Source: Tubiluchus corallicola (Eukaryota > Animalia > Priapulida). From it: DNA of 64,000 bases. Positions within the stretch are counted from its first letter, which is position 1, and the number at the start of each line of letters is the position of its first letter. Positions 18,525 through 31,305 of the stretch are shown here, one piece after another. The stretch spans positions 1 through 64,000 of the forward strand of contig JAQGDQ010001030.1 in NCBI GenBank assembly GCA_030141605.1, read 5' to 3'. The notes below the pieces were generated by a model, which was not told the DNA's origin, made no database searches, and saw nothing but the letters and a program-made list of their open reading frames with translations. Made by a program: the position numbers and the translations under genes.

Positions 18525-20714
18525 ATGACAGAAACCAGAAATAAATATCCTGAAGAGGAATACAGGAGCATGGTAAGAGAAATATCCTCCAGCTTAAATA
18601 ATGAAGATATTGCAAGAATTGATAAGGCCTTTAAGTTTGCCAACTCAAAAATAGGAGATAAGAGGTGGGACAATGGCGAGCCGATTATCCTGCACTCAAT
18701 AGCTGTTGCAAAGATTGCTGTTTTAGAGATGGGACTAACATCTTACCCTGCCTCCTCTGCTTTGTTACATAACCTGTACCATACGGAGGATGACTTCACA
18801 AAAGATGTGATAAAAGAGCAGTTTGGAACCACAGTGGCCGATATGCTTGAAGGTTTAATTAAAATCAACTCTATAGATACCGAAAACATTGCTATGCAGG
18901 ATGAAAGTTTTCGAAGGTTGATGCTTACCCTCTCTGGAGATATACGCGTTATTCTGATAAAGATAGCGGACCAACTGCACGATATGCGTACGCTGGAGCC
19001 ACTACCCGCTAACATGCAGTATAAATACTCTACCGAAACACTCCACCTGTACGCTCCACTGGCCCATCGCTTGGGACTATATAATATAAATTCTGAGCTT
19101 CAGGATTTATCGCTAAAATATCTTCATCCAGACGATTATAACTACATAGCCAATAAACTGAATGATACGGCCGCTGAACGCAATAACTTTGTCTCTGCAT
19201 TTGTGAAGCCAGTCGAAAAAAGACTTAAGAAGAACGGGGTTGACTTTCAAATAAAAGCCAGGACAAAACCTGTTTTTTCCATATGGAGCAAGATGCAGAA
19301 AAAAAATATTGACTTTCATGACATTTTTGATCTTTTTGCCATTCGCATTATACTTAATTCAAATCCTAAAAACGAAAAAGCAGACTGCTGGCAGGTTTAT
19401 GCTATACTTACAGAAGAGTACCTCTCTAACACTGAACGGCTAAGAGATTGGATTACTATGCCTAGACCAAATGGATATGAGTCGTTACACACAACTGTTC
19501 TAGGGCCGGGTAAGAGATGGATAGAGGTTCAAATAAGAACCAGGCGGATGGATGAAATTGCAGAGAGTGGAATGGCTGCCCACTGGCGGTATAAAGGAGG
19601 AAAGGATGGAGAGGAGTTGTCACACTGGCTTAAGAACATACGTGATATACTTGAAAATCCGGAACTTAACCCGGTAGACTTCATAGATGAGTTTAAAGTA
19701 AACATATATAATGATGAGATATATGTATTTACTCCTAAAGGGGATTTGAAAAAGTTGCCACACGGGTCAACACTGCTAGATTTTGCTTATGAAGTACACT
19801 CTCAGGTGGGAGACACATGCGTTGGAGGAAAAGTAAATGGAAAACAGGTTTCTCTCAGGCATTTGCTAAAAAATGGCGACCACATTGAAGTAAGTACCTC
19901 AATTAATCAAAAACCCAAGCAGGACTGGCTTAACATTGTAGTTACATCAAAAGCGAAGAACAAGATAAAGGCGAGTATAGATGAGGAACGCAGGAAAGAG
20001 GCCATGAATGGCAAAGAGATCTTTACAAGGAAGCTAAAGAATTGGAAGATAGAGCTTAACGACCATCTTGTTCAGCGATTGTTAAAATATTACAAGTTAA
20101 AGCTCGCATCTTCTTTGTATTACAATATCTCGTTGGGTAAAATAGATATGCTTGAGATAAAAGGGCTGTTATCAGAAGAAAAAACAGAGCTGCAGCGGGA
20201 AGTTTTGGATGAGGTTATCCCTCCTAAAACAGCAGAAGAACTTGTGTTTGATTCAGGAGATAATCACTTAGTTATTGATGAAAATATTAGAAACATAAAC
20301 TACAAGCTGGCAAAGTGCTGCAATCCTATTTTTGGAGATAATATATTTGGATTTGTTACCATTAATGACGGGATAAAAATACATCGAAACAACTGTCCAA
20401 ACGCTAAAGACATGATGGCTCGCTATCCTTACCGTGTTCTTAAAGCCAAATGGCAACGTACTGGCAAGCAAGGCTCTTTCCATACAGCCATACACATCTC
20501 AGGAACGGATAAGCTTGGAATAGTTAGTGATATTTCACACATTGTGTCAAAAGATGCCGGAGTGCAAATGCGCTCAATATCAGCTAGTTCAGAGAAAGGG
20601 GGTTTTGAAGGAACTCTCCACATATATGTAAATGATGTTGACCATCTCGACTTTTTGCTACAAAAACTTAGAAATATAAAAGGTGTACTTTCTGTTGACA
20701 GAATAGATTCATAA
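18525..20714 (+). CDS. Long RelA/SpoT homolog ((p)ppGpp synthetase; HD, SYNTH, TGS, ZFD, ACT domains)
   Basis: APLAHRLG, DLFAIR, NGYESLHTTV, EVQIRT, FTPKG, AKCCNP, IHRNNC, C-terminal ACT. Confidence 0.95.
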   Translation: MTETRNKYPEEEYRSMVREISSSLNNEDIARIDKAFKFANSKIGDKRWDNGEPIILHSIAVAKIAVLEMGLTSYPASSALLHNLYHTEDDFTKDVIKEQFGTTVADMLEGLIKINSIDTENIAMQDESFRRLMLTLSGDIRVILIKIADQLHDMRTLEPLPANMQYKYSTETLHLYAPLAHRLGLYNINSELQDLSLKYLHPDDYNYIANKLNDTAAERNNFVSAFVKPVEKRLKKNGVDFQIKARTKPVFSIWSKMQKKNIDFHDIFDLFAIRIILNSNPKNEKADCWQVYAILTEEYLSNTERLRDWITMPRPNGYESLHTTVLGPGKRWIEVQIRTRRMDEIAESGMAAHWRYKGGKDGEELSHWLKNIRDILENPELNPVDFIDEFKVNIYNDEIYVFTPKGDLKKLPHGSTLLDFAYEVHSQVGDTCVGGKVNGKQVSLRHLLKNGDHIEVSTSINQKPKQDWLNIVVTSKAKNKIKASIDEERRKEAMNGKEIFTRKLKNWKIELNDHLVQRLLKYYKLKLASSLYYNISLGKIDMLEIKGLLSEEKTELQREVLDEVIPPKTAEELVFDSGDNHLVIDENIRNINYKLAKCCNPIFGDNIFGFVTINDGIKIHRNNCPNAKDMMARYPYRVLKAKWQRTGKQGSFHTAIHISGTDKLGIVSDISHIVSKDAGVQMRSISASSEKGGFEGTLHIYVNDVDHLDFLLQKLRNIKGVLSVDRIDS

Positions 20715-20851
20715 AGCATACCTGTATTATTAACGGGGGCAGGCTGCATGTCTGTATCTAACGGGAGAAATGATAAAGTCAGTTATGTATGTTAAAGTAT
20801 TACATCAATGTAATCTATCTATATCCTTGATTTAAAATGATTAATAAAAGC

Positions 20852-20876
20852 ATTAGATTTTAATCTAATAACTTTG
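20852..20876 (+). promoter_or_regulatory. Palindromic operator abutting a -7 promoter element
   Basis: ATTAGATTTTAATCTAAT (16/18 palindromic) abuts TAACTTTG at 20869-20876. Confidence 0.45.
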
Positions 20877-21420
20877 CAAAAGCTAAACTACTTAGAAGTA
20901 GAAAACTTTATTAATCTTGGACATTCGAGTTGTAAATAGCCCCCACACCATATCAAGCTGCTTCGATCATAAAGAAGCATGAAGAGTGGAGCATATCGAT
21001 GAAATATCTCGGGAGCACTGAGCTAGTAAAACAATCTTTTATAGTTGACGCTAATACTATGGTGAGGTGAAACAGCTAAAGGAGCTATGGGAAAGGAACT
21101 GTTGATTGAAGCACATGTTATGTGTAGCTTGTACTGGATCATGAGCCACAACCAATGATGGTATTATTGCAAAAATCTTTAAATCCCTGTCAAAAGCAAT
21201 AGATAATAGAAAAGTTTAAGAGATCACATATTTCATTATCTCCAGGATAAAGACCACATAAAAATGCTTTTGGCAAAAATAAACAGATGAAATTTACGAG
21301 AACCTCTAAATGATTTATTTTTAATTATAATAAATACCATTGATTTATTTGTTATCTCTATTTTATTTTGCAACTTTAAGTTGATCTTTTTTAAAGTAAT
21401 ATTTAAGTAATACCTAAAAT

Positions 21421-21762
21421 ATGAAAAGAATTGCAATTGCAACTTTAGCTGGATTGGTGTTTGGTTTTGTATGTGGTATGTTTGCCTGTAGCTCAGGGGA
21501 GTTTCCAAGTGCAGTGCTATTTCAGATAATAGTAAGTCGCACCTTAATGGGCTTTACTATAGGTATAAGCTTACTAAAAATGCACTGGGCTTTGCATGGA
21601 GTCTTAATTGGCTTCCTGTATAGTATACCACTTGCTATTTCTGGTTTAATGGCACCTGAAAATCAAGTTATGATTTTCACTTTGACCATTCTAATGGGGA
21701 TGATATATGGGCTTTTGACTGAGCTAATTACTTCAATGCTATTTAAAGCAAAAAGGAGCTGA
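21421..21762 (+). CDS. Small 4-TM membrane protein of unknown function
   Basis: Four Gly-rich hydrophobic segments; followed by a terminator. Confidence 0.75.
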   Translation: MKRIAIATLAGLVFGFVCGMFACSSGEFPSAVLFQIIVSRTLMGFTIGISLLKMHWALHGVLIGFLYSIPLAISGLMAPENQVMIFTLTILMGMIYGLLTELITSMLFKAKRS

Positions 21763-21788
21763 TTATAAGGTAAAAAAGCCTGTTAAAG

Positions 21789-21829
21789 AAAAAGCATCCG
21801 GTGCTCAGATAGCATCGGATGCTTTTTTT
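21789..21829 (+). terminator. Rho-independent terminator
   Basis: AAAAGCATCCGGTGCT-cagat-AGCATCGGATGCTTTTTTT. Confidence 0.85.
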
Positions 21830-22231
21830 ATTATCTAGCTGAATTCTGTAAAATGCTATATGCTGATTGGTTAGTGCTAGCCGCGAAGAAAGAGGTGCAA
21901 CAGATGTAGCCAGCTTCAGGGATATTGTTTTTATTTGAGGGCGTATTGATATATTTGCACCGTAATTACAATATAGCTAGTCTTTTGCAAACTTTAGTTT
22001 TATTTTAAACTGAGAGAAAGTTTGATGACAAGTCTGGCATAAATGGGGGCTTTGAAAGTAGCTTTAATCAAAATATTTAATATGAATGTGTAAAGGCCTC
22101 ATAATGCTAAGTGAGGCTTAAAATAGTACGGTAAAATATAAGAGTGTGAAGTAGTGGCAACAAGCTGGGGTGTTAATGAGTGAAAGTGTTGGATTACAAG
22201 AACCACCTAGGATTGGAATAAAAAAATAAAT

Positions 22232-22450
22232 ATGAAAGAGAAGAATACCAAGAGTGGCAATAGAGATAATAATACCTGTGCACTTTTTGCCAAAGGGGAA
22301 AAACTATACGAAGAGCAAAAGTGGGGAGAGGCACTAAATTGCTTTATTAGTATACTGGAAGCAGAGCCGGATAATAATGAAGCTAAAGCATATACTGATG
22401 TTATTAACAGTATTCTAAACTTCTATAACAAGGACCTTTACAATCCGTGA
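22232..22450 (+). CDS. Small tetratricopeptide-repeat protein
   Basis: Single TPR (KGEKLY...WGEALNCF..ILEAEPDN.EA) and an ILNFYNKDLYNP tail seen in Bacteroidota small TPR proteins. Confidence 0.75.
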   Translation: MKEKNTKSGNRDNNTCALFAKGEKLYEEQKWGEALNCFISILEAEPDNNEAKAYTDVINSILNFYNKDLYNP

Positions 22451-22479
22451 CTTTGTATAGTAAAAAAGGCTTGACTGGA

Positions 22480-23217
22480 TTATTTAAATAGGGTAAAATA
22501 TGCGGTAAGTCTTGTACCCCATACAGTTCCCCTGACATATGTTGTCTTTCCTTGTTCTTCAATTCCATGTATATTTATACTGACTTCAGTAGCCTGAGTG
22601 GTACGTGGTAATGTATTATATTCTATATCAAGTGCAAAACGACACCAACTCAAATTTTTAAAAAGCTGAGAAAAAGAAAGATAAAATGTATTTACTGAGG
22701 GAAGTGTCAATATGGATCTGTTTGTGGGAGATAAATTCAGGTATTTTTTATTTTCATTTTTATGATGTTGGAATCCTAGTGTAATTTTTGATTCACTATT
22801 TGACGACTTTAGCTTGAACCTGCCTGTTTTTCTACTAATCTTGCCTGCTCTACTAATAAAAACTCCTCCGCCATACGAGTACTCAGGATCACCATTAAAT
22901 TTAAAATTATATGAACTGCGGAGCTCCACCCCCAAAAAGCTGGGGACCCTTTCATATAATTCGTAGAATTTATAACCCATTGCAGCAGAGCCGTACTGCA
23001 TATGAAAAAAAGCTGGCTTGTATGCATTGGTCAATGAGATTTGATGAAAGCCATACCCCGCTCCTAAATCGAAGAATACTTTTTTTCCTTTAGTATGAAA
23101 GACCTGTGCAGATGTTTTTTCGCTACAGAATACCAGAAGGCACGGAGCTATAAACAACCCCGTAACAATCCTCTTAATCAGCAATTTAAAACTTATAGAT
23201 GATCTATGATTACTCAT
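22480..23217 (-). CDS. Hypothetical exported/outer-membrane protein
   Basis: Signal-like N-terminus, aromatic-rich beta-strand pattern, ends TRLTAYFTLFK. Confidence 0.55.
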   Translation of the reverse strand: MSNHRSSISFKLLIKRIVTGLFIAPCLLVFCSEKTSAQVFHTKGKKVFFDLGAGYGFHQISLTNAYKPAFFHMQYGSAAMGYKFYELYERVPSFLGVELRSSYNFKFNGDPEYSYGGGVFISRAGKISRKTGRFKLKSSNSESKITLGFQHHKNENKKYLNLSPTNRSILTLPSVNTFYLSFSQLFKNLSWCRFALDIEYNTLPRTTQATEVSINIHGIEEQGKTTYVRGTVWGTRLTAYFTLFK

Positions 23218-23520
23218 TTCTCAGAAGTATTTTAAATAATATCAAACGAATCATACATGAAAATTACAAAGCAAATTTAATAAATTAGCTTTTAAAATAA
23301 CTTATTTATAGTTTTTTTTATATATAGGATCATATCTGTGAGTTATAATTCTTTTTTATAGGTACATACACCTTCTGCCAACCTTTTGCCAAAAAACTTA
23401 CAAGGCAATTATTTTTGCGTTTTCGAAATAAAGTGTTTATTTTTAGATATAAAGTGTTTACCTTTGATACTATCTTTATGAAGATTTTATTTTAAATTAC
23501 AAACTTTAAAAACACTAAAG

Positions 23521-24174
23521 ATGAAAACATTAATTGCTATTTTAGTGCTCTTTGCAGCAACATTGGGAAGTGTTGATGCTCAAACTGCAATAGAGCTTAA
23601 AAATGCAGGTAATGCTGCGCTAAAGGAGAAAAAATACGGCAATGCGCTTGCTAGCTATGAAAGTGCATTGGCGGAGTGGGGAGAAGATGAAGAACCGGAT
23701 TTGGCAATGATCTATAATACTGGAGTGTGTGCTTACAGAACAAAAGATTTTAGAAAGGCAGACAAGTATTTTAACATGTCAATCGAGTCCGGCTACAAAG
23801 CAGAAACAGCTTACAGGTATAAAGCAAACTCTCTTAAGCAATTAGGTGACAGTGAGGGGTTCATGAACACCCTATATGAAGGGCTTGATAAATACCCTAA
23901 TAGTAAAGAGATAAGATCAATGCTTTCAAAACACTATCTTAAAGAAGGAAATGTAGTTTATAAAAAGGGTGCAGCCGTTCTAAAATTGGCATCAGACGAC
24001 ATTGGAGCAGGTAAGTATACTACCAATGACGAAGCCTATAAGACAGAGCTGAGAAAAGCGAAAGAAGAGTTTAAATCTGCTTTGATACTGTTCGATAAAG
24101 CATTGGAACATAAGCCTACAGATGCAACTGCATTAAAGCTGAAGGAGGCATGTGAGAAAAACCTGAAGATGTAA
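23521..24174 (+). CDS. Secreted TPR protein
   Basis: Signal peptide (AQT cleavage), several TPR motifs. Confidence 0.85.
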   Translation: MKTLIAILVLFAATLGSVDAQTAIELKNAGNAALKEKKYGNALASYESALAEWGEDEEPDLAMIYNTGVCAYRTKDFRKADKYFNMSIESGYKAETAYRYKANSLKQLGDSEGFMNTLYEGLDKYPNSKEIRSMLSKHYLKEGNVVYKKGAAVLKLASDDIGAGKYTTNDEAYKTELRKAKEEFKSALILFDKALEHKPTDATALKLKEACEKNLKM

Positions 24175-24195
24175 TATGTTCAGCAACTGAACTAT

Positions 24196-24231
24196 AAAAA
24201 GGCTGCTCAATAACCTTGGGCAGCTTTTTTT
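24196..24231 (+). terminator. Rho-independent terminator
   Basis: AAAAAGGCTGCTCAA-taacc-TTGGGCAGCTTTTTTT. Confidence 0.8.
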
Positions 24232-24306
24232 GTGAATAAAAACTAACATTATAAGAGATGTTTTTTGTACTTTCAACCATCGGAGATTAACCTTATTTTC
24301 TATGCT

Positions 24307-25440
24307 ATGAATTTATTTGAAGACAAACGTACTGTTTTAACTCTGGATGCGGGAGGCACAAACTTTGTATTTTCAGCTATGAAGGCAGGTGAAGAGATTT
24401 TGAACCCCATTGTACTTCCTTCATTTGGCGACAATCTGGATAAAAGCCTTGCGAGCATGATAGAGGGGTTCTCTATGGTTTGCAAAGGGCTGGATGAAGC
24501 CCCATCTGCAATAAGCTTTGCATTTCCCGGGCCTGCTGATTACCCAAATGGTATTATCGGCAACTTGGTAAACCTTCCCGCATACAGTGGTGGTGTAGCT
24601 TTAGGAGCTTTTTTGAAGAAGCAGTTCGACTTGCCTGTATACATAAATAATGACGGAGATCTTTATGCTTACGGCGAGGCTTTAGGTGGAATACTGCCCG
24701 AGGTAAATGCAAACCTTGAAAAGGCAGGAATTCCCAAAAGGTATAAAAACCTTATAGGGCTTACACTAGGAACGGGCTTTGGTGGTGGCATAGTGAGAAA
24801 TGGACACCTTTACCTGGGTGATAATGCCATGGCCGCAGAGGTTTACGCTTTTCGTAATAAATTAAATCCACAGTGGTGTGCTGAGGATGGGATTTCAATA
24901 AGAGCAGTCCAGTACTTCTACAATAAATATAGTCGTAAAAGAGGTAGTAGTAGTCTTAACCCCAAAGATATTTTTGACATTGCCAAAGGGGAGATGGAAG
25001 GAGATACAGAGGCTGCGCAAAAAGCATTTTCATCTGTAGGGGAGGTAGTTGGCGACGTTATTGCACACCTAATCACAACCCTTGATGGACTGGTAGTACT
25101 GGGAGGTGGGTTAACCGGCGCATCTGAATTTATATTCCCTGCTATGCTTAAAGAGATAAATAGTAATTTGGTGCTCCCTGACGGAAGTCCCATAGAGCGC
25201 TTAATACAGAGAGTTGTCAGCCTGGACAATGATGAGGGGATGAGCGCAATTGTCAACCAAAAGACTATTGATATTAAAGTGCCAGGAAGCGATACTGTTG
25301 TAAAATATAACCCGGATGCTATTCTTGGGGTGGGAACCTCTAGGTTGGGAGCCAGCCGGGCTACTGCGCTTGGGGCGTATGCATATGCACTATCCGCTTT
25401 AGATACAGTACAGCTCTCCCAGCAAGTAAGTTGTTATTAA
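24307..25440 (+). CDS. ROK family sugar kinase
   Basis: LDAGGTN, FPGPADY, INNDG, TLGTGFGGG. Confidence 0.88.
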   Translation: MNLFEDKRTVLTLDAGGTNFVFSAMKAGEEILNPIVLPSFGDNLDKSLASMIEGFSMVCKGLDEAPSAISFAFPGPADYPNGIIGNLVNLPAYSGGVALGAFLKKQFDLPVYINNDGDLYAYGEALGGILPEVNANLEKAGIPKRYKNLIGLTLGTGFGGGIVRNGHLYLGDNAMAAEVYAFRNKLNPQWCAEDGISIRAVQYFYNKYSRKRGSSSLNPKDIFDIAKGEMEGDTEAAQKAFSSVGEVVGDVIAHLITTLDGLVVLGGGLTGASEFIFPAMLKEINSNLVLPDGSPIERLIQRVVSLDNDEGMSAIVNQKTIDIKVPGSDTVVKYNPDAILGVGTSRLGASRATALGAYAYALSALDTVQLSQQVSCY

Positions 25441-25513
25441 AATAGTGTTATACCTACTGTTTTTGAAGGCCAGCAGAGTTAATTGAGCACTTGTTGAGTC
25501 CGGTATTGCGAAT

Positions 25514-26326
25514 ATGCAAAAGAAAAAGATAGAAAAATTGCTTTACGGAGCAATAAAAGCTTCATTGAGTGCTGGCATAGAGATTATGAGGGTGTTCAAC
25601 AGCGGGAACTTTGCGGTAGAGATAAAGGATGACAGGTCTCCTGTTACTACAGCAGACAGGAATGCCAATAAATTGATTGCAGAAGAGTTGAAAGTGTTTG
25701 AGCTTCCTTACCTAAGTGAAGAAAGTCCAATTCCTGCACATGAGGAGAGGAAAAAATGGGACTACTTATGGATGGTGGACCCTTTGGACGGGACGAAGGA
25801 ATTTGTAGCAGGCAGGAAAGATTTTACTGTAAATATTGCCTTGATAGATCATGGTTACCCCTTATTGGGAGTTATCTACATTCCAGCAACAGATACAATC
25901 TATTTTGGCAGCAAAGATTATGGAGCCTATAAACTTGAGAATGCATTATCCTTTAAGCCTTATGAAATTGCACAAAACGCAACCTTATTACCTTTACAGA
26001 AAAAGCATAAAAAGTTTGTGATAGTTGGCAGCAGGTCTCACCTGGATTCTCATACTGAGGCCTATTTTAAAAAGGAGAGAGAGAAGAGGGGAGTTGAGAA
26101 TGTAGAGATTATTACTAGAGGAAGCTCCATGAAAATGTGTATCGTTGCCGAGGGACAGGCAGATATCTACCCACGCCTCAGTAATATAATGGAGTGGGAT
26201 ATTGCAGCAGGACATGCTATATGCGAAGCAGCAGGCTGTGCCGTAACACAGTGGGATGGCTCTCTATTGAGGTACAATAAAAAGGATTTTCATCAATATT
26301 GGTTTGTTGTAAAAAGAGAGGCCTGA
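25514..26326 (+). CDS. cysQ: 3'(2'),5'-bisphosphate nucleotidase
   Basis: SPVTTAD, LSEE, DPLDGTKEF, GSRSH, EWDIAAG. Confidence 0.93.
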   Translation: MQKKKIEKLLYGAIKASLSAGIEIMRVFNSGNFAVEIKDDRSPVTTADRNANKLIAEELKVFELPYLSEESPIPAHEERKKWDYLWMVDPLDGTKEFVAGRKDFTVNIALIDHGYPLLGVIYIPATDTIYFGSKDYGAYKLENALSFKPYEIAQNATLLPLQKKHKKFVIVGSRSHLDSHTEAYFKKEREKRGVENVEIITRGSSMKMCIVAEGQADIYPRLSNIMEWDIAAGHAICEAAGCAVTQWDGSLLRYNKKDFHQYWFVVKREA

Positions 26327-26566
26327 TATGCTAAAAGTGACCTTACCTTTTCAGCAAAAATGCCAGGATGAGCAGAAAATCCTATCTAGTACAGCTTATA
26401 TTATGAAGCATCTGTAAAAACTTGCCCTTTTCAATTTGAAGTCACTATTCACATCAGCAAGCTACGGCCTGCCATCAAGTTTCCCCTCAACTGAACTAAA
26501 GCCTTTTGCTTTTGTAAAGAACTCTATAGAATAAAAGTGCTCATCGAGTTGAAGATACAGAACCAC

Positions 26567-27454
26567 TTAGGTTACCAGCGCTTCTACCTCTTTCTTAATT
26601 TCTGCATAAACTTTAGGTGATACCGGAACAAGTGGGAGCCTAAGCACATTTTCAATTTTTCCAATGGAGTGCAGTGCTGCCTTAACTCCTCCAGGGTTTC
26701 CCTCTACAAAAAGTTTTTTAAATATATTGATGTACCTAAGATGCAGCTGCGATGCTGTGGCAAAGTTTCCATCCAGCGCTGCCTGCGTCAACATCTTTAT
26801 TCCTTTAGGGATAACATTTGCAGCAACAGATATTACCCCATCACCACCAAGTGATATAATAGGAACTATTGCATTATCATCGCCAGATATCACAGAAAAC
26901 CTCTCTGGCCTGTCACGCAATATAGTTGCTACCTCCGTTAAGTTTCCTGAAGCCTCTTTTGTCCCCACAAATTTTTTTGATTTATGTGCAAGGCTTAATG
27001 TTGTCTCCGCACTCATGTGGGCACCTGTCCTGCCAGGAACATTATACATTATAATAGGCAAAGCACACGCTTCAGCTATGGCCATGTAGTGTTGAAAAAT
27101 ACCTTTTTGTGTAGGCTTATTGTAGTATGGGACAACTGACAGTATAGCATCTGCTTTCGACAGATTTATACTGGTTATGTCATCAATAACAGCTCGGGTA
27201 TTATTGCCTCCTACACCTACAACCAATGGTATTTTATTATTGATTTTCAGTGCAATAAAGTCTATTACTTCTTGTTTTTCTTTAACTGTAAGAGTCGCTG
27301 TCTCAGCAGTTGTCCCCAACGCAACGATATAGTCAGTGCCTGACTCTAAGTGACTGCTAATCAGATCCTCCAAGACTGCAAAGTCAATTTCCATTGATGA
27401 GGTAAATGGTGTTATTAGTGCGACACCACTTCCCCTGTAATCATTTATGGTCAT
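26567..27454 (-). CDS. dapA: 4-hydroxy-tetrahydrodipicolinate synthase
   Basis: ALITPF, GTTAE, PYYNKP, YNVPGRT, KEASG. Confidence 0.96.
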   Translation of the reverse strand: MTINDYRGSGVALITPFTSSMEIDFAVLEDLISSHLESGTDYIVALGTTAETATLTVKEKQEVIDFIALKINNKIPLVVGVGGNNTRAVIDDITSINLSKADAILSVVPYYNKPTQKGIFQHYMAIAEACALPIIMYNVPGRTGAHMSAETTLSLAHKSKKFVGTKEASGNLTEVATILRDRPERFSVISGDDNAIVPIISLGGDGVISVAANVIPKGIKMLTQAALDGNFATASQLHLRYINIFKKLFVEGNPGGVKAALHSIGKIENVLRLPLVPVSPKVYAEIKKEVEALVT

Positions 27455-27551
27455 ATTATTAATCTATTACTTAACACTACACTTGTAAACTATTGAAACA
27501 CAATAAAATAAGAAATATTTGCATTTAAAATAAAACACTGATTAGCTGGCA

Positions 27552-28085
27552 TCACCTTATCCTATCTAAATAGAATATAAGCTGCTCAGCAAGATGCTTG
27601 CACCCCTGCTTAACAGGTATATCTACAGAAAAATCATTGAAATCAAACTCTTCCGACGCCCGCCCCACTTTAAATGGTGAATTTGTCCGTACCAAAACAG
27701 ACAGCAGGGGAAACTCCTTTTTTATAGACAAATCTATAAGTATATCCGGAGCTTCCTCCATAAACTGGATCGCTTCTTGCGACTTTGGTTTTCCTAAAAG
27801 TCCAACCTCTTTTTTAACAAAAAGTTCCGAACCGTGCTTCCCAAGGCTTTTTCGACTCTTATCTGCTATATCGAGATAAGCAAGCCCTTTGATTTTAAGC
27901 CCTCTCTGCTTCAAATCCCTCCATAAATACTCAAAAGCTTCCTCAGCATCTTTATCTTTCGGGTTCCATAACAAGCCCACAGATCGGGCTGTTTTGAAAT
28001 TGTGGACTTTTATGATACGTTTTTTCGCTTTGTAGACTTTATACAGAGTTTTCCACGCAATCGGTTTTAAAATATCCCTTATCAT
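27552..28085 (-). CDS. Conserved Bacteroidota hypothetical protein between ligA and dapA
   Basis: Intact ORF co-oriented with ligA and dapA; DILIDL and FKVG motifs. Confidence 0.7.
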   Translation of the reverse strand: MIRDILKPIAWKTLYKVYKAKKRIIKVHNFKTARSVGLLWNPKDKDAEEAFEYLWRDLKQRGLKIKGLAYLDIADKSRKSLGKHGSELFVKKEVGLLGKPKSQEAIQFMEEAPDILIDLSIKKEFPLLSVLVRTNSPFKVGRASEEFDFNDFSVDIPVKQGCKHLAEQLIFYLDRIR

Positions 28086-28160
28086 ATAACCACCAAAATT
28101 ACGAAAACATTTGTCCAAATATGTACGCAGAATATAAAAAATACTGCCATTTACCCTTGT

Positions 28161-30164
<2,004 letters not shown>

Positions 30165-30604
30165 TTAGCAAAATATTAATCTTTCGGAGCTCTTTCTTTA
30201 TGGTTAAGAGATTTTGGTTTATTTTAAGAATTTTTTACATAACGCTTTACACAGATAACCAAAACTCTTTGCAGACACCTATCTTCTTGAAATTGTGCCT
30301 ATTATCCCACAAAGCCCATTCTGATATACATTATGATGTTTCATTTCACTTCTCTTTTTCGATTATTTACTTTTCGCTTGTTACAAATTTAATATAATTT
30401 AGTGTTGCAAAAGCTTTTGCTATATAAAGGTCTTGTCGACAATAAGCATGAGCGAGCTGCGGCTATTTTAAACTGTCCTACGATTTCCTATGAGGCTAGT
30501 TTTAATATATATGTCTGAAGCACGGCATTGTAAACCAACAAAAAAGTGCTTTCTTTGCACACTAAATAAATAAGTTAAGTCAAAAACTAAAAACAAAATA
30601 AGAA

Positions 30605-31153
30605 ATGTTTATTGCAAAAGATAAAATGGTTACCCTTACCTATGAGCTTAGACTTGATAGTAAGGAGAATGAGGTGTTTGAAAAAACAAGTAAAGACAAT
30701 CCTTTGGTGTTTTTGTACGGTGTGGGGTTAATGCTACCAGAGTTTGAGTCTCGTATTGAAGGGATGAGTACAGGACAGGAGTTCAATATAGAGATCAGCA
30801 CTGCCAATGCTTATGGCGAGATAAATGAAGAGAGAATTATTGAGCTACCAAAAAGTGTTTTTGAGACGGAAGGTGAGTTTGACAATGATCTCGTGAGATC
30901 AGGGAATAGCGTGCCTATGGTGTCATCGTCAGGGCAGAGAATGACTGGTGTCGTGCTTGAAGTCAGAGAAGATGTTGTTAAAATAGACTTTAACCATCCG
31001 CTGGCGGGAGAAGACCTACACTTCAAGGGGAAGATTCTTGAGGTGAGAGACGCAACAGAAGAGGAGCTTAAATCAGTTACCGGCCAGGATACTTGTGGGT
31101 GTGTAAGCAGTAGTTGTACTTCAGACGAGTGTCAAAGCAGCTGCAGTTGCTAG
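30605..31153 (+). CDS. slyD: FKBP-type peptidyl-prolyl isomerase
   Basis: AYGE, DFNHPLAGEDLHF, REAT-like motif, Cys-rich tail. Confidence 0.9.
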   Translation: MFIAKDKMVTLTYELRLDSKENEVFEKTSKDNPLVFLYGVGLMLPEFESRIEGMSTGQEFNIEISTANAYGEINEERIIELPKSVFETEGEFDNDLVRSGNSVPMVSSSGQRMTGVVLEVREDVVKIDFNHPLAGEDLHFKGKILEVRDATEEELKSVTGQDTCGCVSSSCTSDECQSSCSC

Positions 31154-31305
31154 TAATGAAGGTTACAATTTCTCACTATTATATTATAGTTAAAAGTTGA
31201 TTTGCTTTTTTATCCCTGCTCATGGTATTAAGAAGGGACAAAGTTTTTGTCTCGGTGGTGCTAATGGAGAAACTTGATAAAAACCGCGACAGTTTACTGA
31301 TGTAA

